DNA from: a virus | IMG/VR virus record: IMGVR_UViG_3300024346_000011 | Direction: 5' to 3' (one strand) | DNA length: 64,000 bases | Shown here: in pieces, positions 16,984 to 26,620 of the stretch | How positions within the stretch are numbered: position 1 is the stretch's first letter | How the letters are laid out: each line of letters starts with the position of its first letter | Program-made: the position numbers and the translations under genes | Notes under the pieces: model-generated | Database searches by the model: none | The model's input: the letters and a program-made list of their open reading frames with translations, nothing else | Told to the model about the DNA's origin: nothing

Positions 16984-17061
16984 ACGATTGTATATTTAAA
17001 ACTTACAATCCAAGTGGTAGTAATTGTCCATTGAATAGGATCTACCGTTCCAATAATATAA

Positions 17062-17427
17062 TTATTTGTTTGATTCATTGAGTTGATTGATAATGTTTTC
17101 TAAAGTAACATTAATTTCTGCAATCTTTTCTTGAACTTGGTCAATTGTTCCAATAGTTCGATCCAAATCAGATGCTAAATTATTAATAGATTTTTCTGCT
17201 CCCTCTAAACGTTTAATTGGAGTTTCTTGGCGCAATTCGCGAATCTGAAACATAATAGAATCAATATCCTGTCGAATGTTATTAAAGTGTCGATTCTGAG
17301 AGATCTTACTATCATTCAAACAAACTAATTCATTTTGAATCTTTGCCCTAGATTTAATTAAGTTTTGGATAATGTATGCATTAATAGCAACAACACACAA
17401 TAACAATATCACATAAAATGTTAACAT
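17062..17427 (-). CDS. Membrane-anchored coiled-coil protein
   Basis: N-terminal TM helix followed by heptads; preceded by a middle-type promoter. Confidence 0.7.
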   Translation of the reverse strand: MLTFYVILLLCVVAINAYIIQNLIKSRAKIQNELVCLNDSKISQNRHFNNIRQDIDSIMFQIRELRQETPIKRLEGAEKSINNLASDLDRTIGTIDQVQEKIAEINVTLENIINQLNESNK

Positions 17428-17452
17428 AAAATAGTTTTTTAGTTCTACTATG

Positions 17453-17479
17453 TTATATATAGGTCTTAAAAAATGTTTC
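17453..17479 (-). promoter_or_regulatory. Middle-type promoter GAAAC-N17-TATAA
   Basis: Motif and spacing conserved. Confidence 0.65.
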
Positions 17480-17481
17480 GA

Positions 17482-19683
17482 TTATTCAAAAACTCCAGGG
17501 GCTGCTCCGCCAATGTATACTGGAATTGCTGTATCAAATCTGTCTTCTAGCGCTTGAATAGCTTCAACAACGGCTTGCATTGCCTTACTAGAATCTTCAG
17601 CTGGCTTAGAAGTTTTATCAACTGCGTTTGTAACTGCGTCTTTTACTTTTGTGAGAGCTCCAGAAATTGCATCTCCTAAACCTTTCTGTTGAGCACTTGT
17701 AGCATCTTCAAGATTTTTAACGGTTCCTGATAGTTTTTCAACTGCCTCCATTAATTCTCTAGCAAGAACTGTAATTGCATCTTCTCCGTCTGCTTCAGCA
17801 ACTCTAGCAATTGCGTCAAACATACGAGTGGTTGCATCAATTGCTTTAACATTCATAACTCTAGTTGCGTCTGCAATTTGCTTATACGCATCGCCAATCG
17901 TTTTCATTGCTTCGCCAGACTCTGTTAATTCTTCTGCTTTATCGCCTAATTGTAAAACTGCACCGATGCCCTTAATTACTGCATTTGTGTTTGCTGCTAC
18001 TTTAACAAACTCCATACCAATGATTTTAATTGGATCTGCCAATTTAATAATACCATCAGTTCTACCAATTAACATATCTAATAATTCAATTGGTGTTTTA
18101 GTCTTTCCTCCGCCAAAAAGAGATCCAATACCATCAATAATTGATGATCCTAAATTAGCAACGCTTGAGAATAAACCACCAGCAGCTTGACCAGCTAAGG
18201 CAGCAACAAGTGCTAACCAACCACCTGCGATTGCAAATAAACCGCCAGCTAGAGGTAATAGGTTTTCAACGCCAATTTCATTCTTAATGCGAGCAAGTGC
18301 GTCAATCATTGCATTGATTGGATACATAATCGCATCTGTGAAATTTGCAGCAATCGCTGAAAGATCTGGCAATCCGCTGAAAATCCAAGCAACCACAAAC
18401 ATTGCAGCTGCAATAAGAATAATACCAAGTGCACCAAGTACTAATCCGGCTGGTGTGATTGCTAGTGCTAGAGCGCCAATAATCGCAAATGGAATAGCAA
18501 AAATTGTGATTGCAATACCCGATGCAATTGCCCATCCTAAATCAGGAGCTTTATATTCATCTGGTAATAATTGGAAAATCCATGCAGTTGCTAAGATTGA
18601 AATAGCAATTAATGGAGCTGCAATCATTGCTTTAATCATTGCACCAAAAGTCAATGCTTTAGCTGCTAGTGCAACTAATACAAATGGAATTGCAAAAATT
18701 GCTAAGGCTAAACCTACCTTTAATGTCCATTCAAGAGGTGGGGCACCCCATTCGGAAACTTCACTAAAATATTGGAAGATCCATGCAACTCCTAATATTG
18801 TAATAGCAAGTAATGGAATTGCGACAGCTGCTAAAATAAGCTGCTTTGGATTAAGTTTACCAATAGACTTTGCAAGTAATGAAAAAGCAAATGAAAAAGT
18901 TAAAATAGCAAGACCTGCTAATAAAGTCCATTCAAGAGGAGGAGTTACCCAATTACTAATTGCTCCAAAACCAAGAAAAATAACTGCTGATAACAGGATA
19001 CCTAATGCAATAATTGGCATTGCTAGCGCTGTCGTTAATAATTGTTTATTATTTAATTTGCTAATTGATTTAGCTAATTTTGCAAATACTGGGGCTATAA
19101 GATAGAATGTTGCTGCTATTAGAATAGCACCTAACATAGCTAATGGATTTAAAACTGGCATTAACATGAATGGTATTGATGCTAATAATATAGCCATGCT
19201 AATAATTGGAAGCGCGGCTACAGTAATTAATAAATCTTTCATCTTTACCTTTTGAATTGTCTCAGCAACTTTAATCATTGTAGGAACAATTAGATTAAAT
19301 ATTAAAGCAATCGCAAGAGCACTCAAAAGTGCAAGTGGATTTAATATAGGCATTAACATAAATAAAGCGCCAGCAACTACAATCGCAGCAGCCATTGAAA
19401 TAACTGCAAGGCCAATTTTGCCTGCAGCCTTTCCCATATCTGGCATTTTTAAGGTAAATCTATTCTTCTTATCAGCTTGCCCTTTTTCATTTTGCTTAAC
19501 TTGAAGCATTAAAAGAGCTTTAATATCTTGTAATATAACAGTTTGCTTTGAAAGTTCTTCTGAATTCTTTTTAGTGACCTCAACTAAATCAACACTAAGC
19601 ACATCAAGAGCCTTAGACATCTTTTGATTCTGCTGTTCAAATAATTCTCCAATTTTAGCTAGGGGTCCTAATAAAATTTTCAT
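17482..19683 (-). CDS. Tape-measure-like tail protein
   Basis: Follows sheath, tube and chaperones; Ala/Ile/Leu-rich repeats (PPLEWTL..GLA); late promoter at 19714. Confidence 0.65.
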   Translation of the reverse strand: MKILLGPLAKIGELFEQQNQKMSKALDVLSVDLVEVTKKNSEELSKQTVILQDIKALLMLQVKQNEKGQADKKNRFTLKMPDMGKAAGKIGLAVISMAAAIVVAGALFMLMPILNPLALLSALAIALIFNLIVPTMIKVAETIQKVKMKDLLITVAALPIISMAILLASIPFMLMPVLNPLAMLGAILIAATFYLIAPVFAKLAKSISKLNNKQLLTTALAMPIIALGILLSAVIFLGFGAISNWVTPPLEWTLLAGLAILTFSFAFSLLAKSIGKLNPKQLILAAVAIPLLAITILGVAWIFQYFSEVSEWGAPPLEWTLKVGLALAIFAIPFVLVALAAKALTFGAMIKAMIAAPLIAISILATAWIFQLLPDEYKAPDLGWAIASGIAITIFAIPFAIIGALALAITPAGLVLGALGIILIAAAMFVVAWIFSGLPDLSAIAANFTDAIMYPINAMIDALARIKNEIGVENLLPLAGGLFAIAGGWLALVAALAGQAAGGLFSSVANLGSSIIDGIGSLFGGGKTKTPIELLDMLIGRTDGIIKLADPIKIIGMEFVKVAANTNAVIKGIGAVLQLGDKAEELTESGEAMKTIGDAYKQIADATRVMNVKAIDATTRMFDAIARVAEADGEDAITVLARELMEAVEKLSGTVKNLEDATSAQQKGLGDAISGALTKVKDAVTNAVDKTSKPAEDSSKAMQAVVEAIQALEDRFDTAIPVYIGGAAPGVFE

Positions 19684-19713
19684 GCATTAACTGCCTATTT
19701 TTTTCCTATACAC

Positions 19714-19721
19714 TATATATC
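19714..19721 (-). promoter_or_regulatory. Late promoter GATATATA
   Basis: Upstream of the tape-measure gene. Confidence 0.65.
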
Positions 19722-19726
19722 AAGTG

Positions 19727-19978
19727 TTATCCTAATTTAGGAACTTTGATATTAGGCATTTTCATGTTAGGCATTTTCATTTTACCCATCATGTCATTTG
19801 TTTGCTCTCTTTCACCACTTTGAGCTTCATTCTGTTTCTTCAAATGCTCTAGTAAATCCTTGACAAGATAGTGGAATTCATAATAGTCCATAGCCTCCAA
19901 TTCAGATGGCTGAATATGGAGGTTATGGTAAATATGAAATTTTGTTTTAAAGAAGTTCTCCAGCGATATCTTGAACAA
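19727..19978 (-). CDS. gp51-like / tail assembly chaperone second ORF (TTG start or frameshift product)
   Basis: SLENFFKTKF...QPSELEAMDYYE...LLEHLKKQNE resembles T4-like gp51; overlaps the upstream ORF in the +1 frame. Confidence 0.6.
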   Translation of the reverse strand: MFKISLENFFKTKFHIYHNLHIQPSELEAMDYYEFHYLVKDLLEHLKKQNEAQSGEREQTNDMMGKMKMPNMKMPNIKVPKLG

Positions 19979-20891
19979 TGAAAATTGATTTAACGCCGTC
20001 ACGAAACCCGATAGGGACGTCCTCCCAACCATCCCCAATTTGCACACGCATTTCTGGTTTAATACCTACCTTCATTTGTTCCGCAATCTTGTAGATTAAG
20101 CTAAATTTCTTATTTGTCCAGCCGTTCATTTCAATCTCGAATTTAAAGATGTCCTTTTCATCAAGACCTCTCCAATCCATTACCATATATGGCATAACTT
20201 GAAGAACTGATTGATCGATCTTTTCTTTCTTTTCTTGACGTTCTTGAATATATGCTGTCATTTTTTGCATTACACCAATTGTAGGTGGACGCATTTCAAT
20301 AGTACCAAATGATTTTGTTTCAATCATAAATGATTTACGATTTTCATCATAGTACTTATCTAATGTTTCTGGAATTTTAAAGTAAGTAAAATATTTCTTA
20401 TCAATATCAATACTGTGCTTATTTCCTTTTTTATCAGTATGTTCTACTGCTAATTTAGATTCAGGTTCTGGGAACGTTAAATCTCTAATCGATAGAATAA
20501 TATAAAATCTATCTTCTTCACAAAGATCTTTATATGATAAACGCTTTTTAGAAGAAGAAACTTGAGTACATGTTTCTAAAATATAGTTTAATTTATCATC
20601 AACATCAAATACATTCTGTTCATCAACTGCTGAAAATTGTCTAATTTCTGATACTTTAGCAGATCTAATTGCGATCTTAATATCATCTGGGTAAAACATG
20701 CCGCCGGACGGTAAATCTACTGATTTAATTGTAAAGTACCCAAGGGCCAAATTGGCATCCTGTGCTTCAACCTTTTGGAATCGATTCATATCAACTTTAC
20801 CCAAATCTTTAGGCTCTTCTTGTACCTCCTCTTGTTCTTGGTTTTGAACAATTTTCTTATAATCTTCGTTTAAATTTAATTCGTCGCTCAT
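19947..20891 (-). CDS. gp26-like baseplate hub / tail assembly chaperone
   Basis: LPSGGMFYP, DRFYIILSIRDLT, IEMRPPTIG; lies between tube and tape measure. Confidence 0.65.
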   Translation of the reverse strand: MSDELNLNEDYKKIVQNQEQEEVQEEPKDLGKVDMNRFQKVEAQDANLALGYFTIKSVDLPSGGMFYPDDIKIAIRSAKVSEIRQFSAVDEQNVFDVDDKLNYILETCTQVSSSKKRLSYKDLCEEDRFYIILSIRDLTFPEPESKLAVEHTDKKGNKHSIDIDKKYFTYFKIPETLDKYYDENRKSFMIETKSFGTIEMRPPTIGVMQKMTAYIQERQEKKEKIDQSVLQVMPYMVMDWRGLDEKDIFKFEIEMNGWTNKKFSLIYKIAEQMKVGIKPEMRVQIGDGWEDVPIGFRDGVKSIFIVQDIAGELL

Positions 20892-20894
20892 ATC

Positions 20895-21110
20895 TTATTT
20901 GTTTTTAAGCTTCTTAATATTGTCTTTGTTCCACTCTTTAATAGAGTCGCCACGTAGGTCGATTTCTTTTCTAATTACATTTCTGATAAATGCAGAAATT
21001 GAAATAGGTCTTTCTCCAAACTCAATAGCATCGCTTAGAATAAGTCTATTAATTGCTGTTACTTCATCATCGGATAGTAAGACCTGTAGCTTTTTAGTTA
21101 ATTTATCCAT
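20895..21110 (-). CDS. Small ribbon-helix-helix-like DNA-binding protein
   Basis: Beta strand KKLQVLLS, a helix, then SISAFIRNVI. Confidence 0.5.
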   Translation of the reverse strand: MDKLTKKLQVLLSDDEVTAINRLILSDAIEFGERPISISAFIRNVIRKEIDLRGDSIKEWNKDNIKKLKNK

Positions 21111-21154
21111 AGTTAGTTAATATTATATCAACATATTATATTTAAGTTTCATAA

Positions 21155-21187
21155 AAATAGGGGAACTAATTGTCTTAGCTCCCCTAC
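21155..21187 (-). terminator. Intrinsic terminator after the tail tube gene
   Basis: TAGGGGAGCTAAG / TTAGTTCCCCTA stem followed by TTTTT on the minus strand. Confidence 0.7.
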
Positions 21188-21197
21188 TGTAATAATT

Positions 21198-21752
21198 TTA
21201 AGCTAAAACTTCCTTCCAAGTATCACATCTCCAACCAACTTCTAATGATGCTGCGTCAGTAGTTTCGTAGTTTAGTTCGTTTGTGAATGGAAGACCTGAA
21301 GTAATAAAGCAATCTTCTAAAGTAACTGTTCTATAAATATCCCCAGCTCTGTTGAATTGTACAATAACGATAGTTCCTACATAGTCTTTCTTAAGACCCA
21401 TAACACCTGATTGTGGATCGTATTGCGCATTATACCATTGTCTTAACGTTTTGTATAAGTATGCTTGGTTAGCTTCATTCAAGTTTAATGAGAAGTTAAT
21501 AGTAACATCAACTGTTGAAGCTTCTGGAATGCTAGAATAAGATCTTGTTGAGAACTTGTACTTTTGCTCAATAGCTGCGATGCCTTTATATAAATCCAAT
21601 CCAGAGATTGAGTTGATGTGCTGCAACATTAATGGAGCGTTAGCAACACCAGCTGGTGGAAGGATAGTTACTTCAAAAAGGTTCTGTTGAACCGGTTCAA
21701 AGTTTCTACCTGCCCTAGAAGTTTGGTCTTGCGAATAGTGTGGTAAAGCCAT
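21198..21752 (-). CDS. Tail tube protein (gp19-like)
   Basis: Directly after the sheath; FEV...W...YDPQSG.MGLKKDY.G...RAGDIYR; C-terminal RCDTW. Confidence 0.8.
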   Translation of the reverse strand: MALPHYSQDQTSRAGRNFEPVQQNLFEVTILPPAGVANAPLMLQHINSISGLDLYKGIAAIEQKYKFSTRSYSSIPEASTVDVTINFSLNLNEANQAYLYKTLRQWYNAQYDPQSGVMGLKKDYVGTIVIVQFNRAGDIYRTVTLEDCFITSGLPFTNELNYETTDAASLEVGWRCDTWKEVLA

Positions 21753-21780
21753 TTTGTTCTGTTTTATTTTTTATTATATA

Positions 21781-24057
21781 TTAATTAAAATTACCTGTTT
21801 GAATTTCACCAGTATTTAATACTGTAGTTCTGTGAACAACAATCTCTAAACCTTTAACTGGCTCTACGTATGTATCAACGATACCATAGTTGTTATCAAT
21901 AACATCATCAGTGTTATTTGTTTGATCCATGATATTTTTGAAGTCATAAACACCACCGTCTTGCTTAACTGATTCTAAGAAAGAATCTGCTAAAGTTTTA
22001 ATCTCTAAACGAGTTTGAGTGTTGTTGAATTCGAATACGTAATCCTTTAAGATATTTGCAATACCCTCTTGGATGTAGATTAATACTTCTCTTACGTGAG
22101 CTGAAGATAATGCAGACTTAACTGATTGTTGAGCTGTTTTGTTACCTAAGATAGTTAAACCTACTCCTCTTTGGAATACGATTGGGTTATAACCAAATGG
22201 CTCTAAAATATCTCTATCATTCTTATCGAATGCATATTCAGCGCCTTTTACGTTTGTGCCTGATACAACTCCTCTTCTTGGACCTGCAACAATTGCCCAT
22301 GGTAATGCTGCTGTATACTTATCAATAAAGTTATTTGATACGTAAGCTGCTGGTGGAACAACGATGTCCTTACCATTATCAGTTACTAATAAACCTGGGC
22401 CGTAGAAGAATGCGTAGTTAGCTCCTTCGTTGATTGATGGTAAATTGTATAACTTAGTTGGATTTTTATCTAAGTTACCGCCATTTTCAATATATTCAAC
22501 TTTAAATACACCGTTCTCATCAGTGAATGATGGATCTGTTGAAGATTTGAAATCTGCAATAGTTGGTGCATTTAAGATTGCTGAAGCATTTTGTCTATCT
22601 TTAGCAAGTGTTGATAATTCTCTCTTATTTAAAATTCCAGTTGAATCGTAAGAAGCAAAAGTATCTACAATGTATCTGAAATCGATCATATCTTTGTCGA
22701 TTAAGCCATTGTAAACTCCTGAACCTGTAGATAATACTGTTAATACTTCAGAAATTTTCTTATTTGCTAATTGTGCACCTTCTAATATGAATGGCACGTA
22801 TTCAATTGCTGCCTTTTGGAATGATAATACATATTCACTACCCCATGCTGCTGGAACATTTACATCACAATAAACTGTGTAAACATTTGCTAATTTAGCA
22901 ACTCTTTTAACTTTTGCTAATCTATCAGCTGCGTCAGCAGGAACATAATCTCCAACTGAAATTGGGAATGATGCTGGAGTATTTGCAGTAGTTGCATAAT
23001 CTACAGTAAACATAGAACCAGAAGCTGTATAAACACCAGCAACTGGGTTGAGGAGGTCACTACCTGGAAAAGTTGTAGCAATTACTCTTTGGCCTGCAGC
23101 TGCATTATAAGACAATAATTGATAATCTTCTGCTGCATCAAAAATATGACCAACTAGATCTAAATTACCAGCTAAAACTACATCTTCATTAATAGCACAG
23201 AATAAACCTGTTCTTCTTGATTCGTTATTGATGATTGATTCAATGTATAAGTTTCTACCTTCTAAATCTTTAAAGCCTGGTACTAATGAACCTGTGTATT
23301 TTGCTTCTAAAGTAACTTGTCTTAAATTAGCAAAATCATCTAAAGAATCTTTCTTTAAACCATCAGCGTTGAAGTATGAACCATAAACTGGGTCAACTGA
23401 CATAACAGCTGGATTAAAAGAACCTTTAAATACGAATACATCAACCATAAAGTCTGCAATGTAATCGAAATCATTCATGAATGAAGGAACATTACCTTCA
23501 CCATACCATTCTCTTGCTGTAATTTCAAATGCTTTAACGTCTTGTGCTTGTCTAACAATAACTGTAATATCGCCTTGCTTAATATTTACAAAGTGTAATG
23601 AGTGTTCATCGTCAACATTTAAAGAATTTAATACTTGAGCATCTGCAGGTGTCATGAATTTATCATTGTTAAAGAACTTTGAATATTCCTTAGAACCTTC
23701 AGCAGCTACAATAGTTTCAACTGAACCATTAGTTACTGGAGAAGCGTAATAACCTAAATCACTAGATGTGAATGACGTTAAGTTTAATGCTAAAATTGGG
23801 CCTCTTGAAAGAGCCTCTAATGCTGATCTGTGGAAGAACATACCTTTCTTCTCTAAAGCTCTATCGATTGAACCATATACGTTGATAAATTGCTCTGAAG
23901 AGCTGATTAATACTGGCGTATTGTATGGACCTTTTTTAGAGTGACCAACGATAAGTCTAAGCGTATCGACGTTCAAATCAGCTGTGATTGACTTGTCGAA
24001 TTCTAAGCGGTAAACACCACTTGACTTAAATTGTAATAATTGTGGAGATAATGCCAT
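21781..24057 (-). CDS. gp18: Tail sheath protein
   Basis: SSGVYRLEFDKS, GHSKKGPYN, PWAIVAGPRRG, NPI, GNKT, VREVLIYI, FEFNNTQTR. Confidence 0.9.
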   Translation of the reverse strand: MALSPQLLQFKSSGVYRLEFDKSITADLNVDTLRLIVGHSKKGPYNTPVLISSSEQFINVYGSIDRALEKKGMFFHRSALEALSRGPILALNLTSFTSSDLGYYASPVTNGSVETIVAAEGSKEYSKFFNNDKFMTPADAQVLNSLNVDDEHSLHFVNIKQGDITVIVRQAQDVKAFEITAREWYGEGNVPSFMNDFDYIADFMVDVFVFKGSFNPAVMSVDPVYGSYFNADGLKKDSLDDFANLRQVTLEAKYTGSLVPGFKDLEGRNLYIESIINNESRRTGLFCAINEDVVLAGNLDLVGHIFDAAEDYQLLSYNAAAGQRVIATTFPGSDLLNPVAGVYTASGSMFTVDYATTANTPASFPISVGDYVPADAADRLAKVKRVAKLANVYTVYCDVNVPAAWGSEYVLSFQKAAIEYVPFILEGAQLANKKISEVLTVLSTGSGVYNGLIDKDMIDFRYIVDTFASYDSTGILNKRELSTLAKDRQNASAILNAPTIADFKSSTDPSFTDENGVFKVEYIENGGNLDKNPTKLYNLPSINEGANYAFFYGPGLLVTDNGKDIVVPPAAYVSNNFIDKYTAALPWAIVAGPRRGVVSGTNVKGAEYAFDKNDRDILEPFGYNPIVFQRGVGLTILGNKTAQQSVKSALSSAHVREVLIYIQEGIANILKDYVFEFNNTQTRLEIKTLADSFLESVKQDGGVYDFKNIMDQTNNTDDVIDNNYGIVDTYVEPVKGLEIVVHRTTVLNTGEIQTGNFN

Positions 24058-24088
24058 AATCTTATTTTACTTTATTTTTTTCTTTTAG

Positions 24089-24096
24089 TATATATC
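24089..24096 (-). promoter_or_regulatory. Late promoter GATATATA
   Basis: Upstream of the sheath gene. Confidence 0.7.
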
Positions 24097-24116
24097 TAAA
24101 TGTTTTGGTTGGATTA

Positions 24117-25943
24117 TTATAATAAGTCATAAATATCGTATTGTAGATCTCCCTGAGTGTCAGAATCTCGATAGAGAATCTTCTCCATCAGGTCATGTTT
24201 TTTAGGCTCTATAATATCCAATAATTCCTCTACATAATCCGCATAATCGGTTGTTGTAAAAAACTCAGTTGCTGTAATTGCTGTCATGATAATGTCATCA
24301 TGACCCATTTGAGCACCATACGATCCATTCTTTAAAGTACCAAAAAGAGATGCTTCATGAATAGTATCTTTATCATAGATTTTAACCTTATTCATCTCAA
24401 TATATTTCTTAAAATTTTGACAGAAAACGGATTTATTGTCGCTCTTTAATTTAATGCCAGGTGATAGGGTTCTAGCATCGTGGCGGTGTTTAAATCTAAG
24501 GATCATTTCATCCTCAAAATCATTACGACCTGAAAATACAGTTCTTAAATACTGGAGCAAAATCGATCCGTATGTGTTGAATTCAATTACCATTTTTAAG
24601 TTTTCTGAATTGAAAATATCAATCGCTAATGTGTATAAGATCTTTGCAAAATCCTCAATTGGATGTTCATTACTTTTAAATACACCAACTTGACGTAATC
24701 TAAAGAAATCATACATCGCATCTGGGCTAACATAGTTCTCAATATCTTGATCAGCCATTGGTTCAACTTCAAACATATTAATCACTGAATAGTCTCCACC
24801 ATTACCTTCTGCAATATCTACTGAGAATAAGTAATATTTGCTACTATCGGATGCTTCTTCAACATCCCAGTCTGGATCAAATTCTAAATAACCTTTTGTA
24901 TCAATGTGAATATTGTCAAACTCCTCGAAATCATACCACTCAAATTTTCTAGCATGCTTTCTTAAAGTTTTCATTGTTCCTGGGCTTAGGAGTAGAGAAG
25001 ATGAACTGGTAAATTCATTACCATATTGGCGGTTAAAGGCTTCTTCAGAGCCCAAGTTTGCCATTTCTCTCTTAAACCAAGCATCATCACGATCTGGATG
25101 TTGCCACCAATCGATTCTGGTTGCTTTATACTCATTGTTACCTTTTTCAGCCTCGGCATAGATATCATAGAACTTGTTAAATCCATTAGGAGTAGAAGTA
25201 ATGTTGATACGTGACACCTTAGATGCTGAGAGGGTTGGATAAACGTTCTCATAGAATGTATTTACAATTGTATGATGAATGTGCGCAAACTCGTCAATGT
25301 ATAAGTTGTGGATTGTAAAACCGATACCTGATTTTGCGGTTGTTGCTTGACCAACCAAGCGACAACCATTATCACACCGAACGTTCATAACGTCATATTT
25401 GAGAATACCTGGTTTCATAAAGAATGGTAAGTTCTCAATTACAACTTTTGCCTTATCGATAATTTCTTTAGTTGTATCTGATTTGTTGGCGAGTAAGAGT
25501 GTATTTTTATCGTAATTAAATGTTAAATACCATGCATTAAAAATAGAGGCAGTTACGGTTTTACCCATCTGACGAGATGCAAGAACAATATTAAATCGAT
25601 TGTATTGAAAATCTCTTAATAGGTCAATTTGATAATCACGAAGTACTACATTTCTAATACCATCGTCGGTCATTACTACTGCGTACTTTTCAGCAAAGTA
25701 GACAATGTCGTTTGCACATTTAGTTAATTCAGCAATCTCTTCTTCAGTGTATTCAAATACAATATTACCACGGCGAAGAAACTGTTTACCCTCATAGAAT
25801 GGCAAAGCTACCTTAGGTCGATAGCCCTTATCCATCGCTGAAACCAGTTCATTAACAGATTTAGTTGACCATACTAATTTAGCGAGTTCGGTGTCATTTT
25901 CACCAGCTGGAATCCATCTATTATCTCCTACGTAGTCTGACAT
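24117..25943 (-). CDS. gp17: Terminase large subunit
   Basis: LRDYQ, Walker A ASRQMGKT, Walker B YIDEFA, STPNGFN, nuclease VDIAEG..GDYS, HDD. Confidence 0.95.
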   Translation of the reverse strand: MSDYVGDNRWIPAGENDTELAKLVWSTKSVNELVSAMDKGYRPKVALPFYEGKQFLRRGNIVFEYTEEEIAELTKCANDIVYFAEKYAVVMTDDGIRNVVLRDYQIDLLRDFQYNRFNIVLASRQMGKTVTASIFNAWYLTFNYDKNTLLLANKSDTTKEIIDKAKVVIENLPFFMKPGILKYDVMNVRCDNGCRLVGQATTAKSGIGFTIHNLYIDEFAHIHHTIVNTFYENVYPTLSASKVSRINITSTPNGFNKFYDIYAEAEKGNNEYKATRIDWWQHPDRDDAWFKREMANLGSEEAFNRQYGNEFTSSSSLLLSPGTMKTLRKHARKFEWYDFEEFDNIHIDTKGYLEFDPDWDVEEASDSSKYYLFSVDIAEGNGGDYSVINMFEVEPMADQDIENYVSPDAMYDFFRLRQVGVFKSNEHPIEDFAKILYTLAIDIFNSENLKMVIEFNTYGSILLQYLRTVFSGRNDFEDEMILRFKHRHDARTLSPGIKLKSDNKSVFCQNFKKYIEMNKVKIYDKDTIHEASLFGTLKNGSYGAQMGHDDIIMTAITATEFFTTTDYADYVEELLDIIEPKKHDLMEKILYRDSDTQGDLQYDIYDLL

Positions 25944-25944
25944 A

Positions 25945-26583
25945 TTAATCCTCTATTTCAATGTCTTCGATTTGATCTGTATCATCGATACCTTGACGAA
26001 TCATTCGCATTAAATCTTTTGTACCTCTTTGTACTGTATCATTGGTTGGCATACCGCCGCTAGCTTCTTGAATCTCTCTACGATCTTCGCGTTTACGATA
26101 TAATTCAATGTCCTTTGATAATCTTTTAGCCCCTTCTTCAGCTGCCATCAAATACATTGTTTGTGACTTAATAATATCTAGCATTGACTTTTGAAGAGTT
26201 GCAAGAACCTCAAACATTCTTGGTTGTAATTCACCGTCTTCGATTGTTTGTAAAAGAGTTGTTAAGGCTCTTTCACCGGCTTGGAGCTGATAGATTAATG
26301 AGCTCATTGTCATTTCATCAATCTTCTTTTTAGCCTGAATATATTCATCCTTCTCAATGATATCTTCATCAAGATAGAATTTCATTAAACTCGTAATTGT
26401 TTTTTGAGCTTTCTTAGTTGCATTGTCTTTTAACTTTGCAAATGATGGTAATTGTGGCTGCTCTACAGCTGGTAATTGAGGATCGGTCTCGATCACGTTC
26501 TCAATTGTATCATTATCACCTATCAAATCATCTAACTCTCTACGAATCTGATCCGCTTGATCATTGATATTTTTATTCGACAT
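25945..26583 (-). CDS. Terminase small subunit (gp16-like)
   Basis: Immediately upstream of TerL; PRMFEVLATL and GTKDLMRMI resemble gp16 motifs. Confidence 0.65.
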   Translation of the reverse strand: MSNKNINDQADQIRRELDDLIGDNDTIENVIETDPQLPAVEQPQLPSFAKLKDNATKKAQKTITSLMKFYLDEDIIEKDEYIQAKKKIDEMTMSSLIYQLQAGERALTTLLQTIEDGELQPRMFEVLATLQKSMLDIIKSQTMYLMAAEEGAKRLSKDIELYRKREDRREIQEASGGMPTNDTVQRGTKDLMRMIRQGIDDTDQIEDIEIED

Positions 26584-26608
26584 AATATAATATTATTTTA
26601 ATATAGAT

Positions 26609-26616
26609 TATATATC
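26609..26616 (-). promoter_or_regulatory. Late promoter GATATATA
   Basis: Upstream of the terminase genes. Confidence 0.65.
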
Positions 26617-26620
26617 CATA

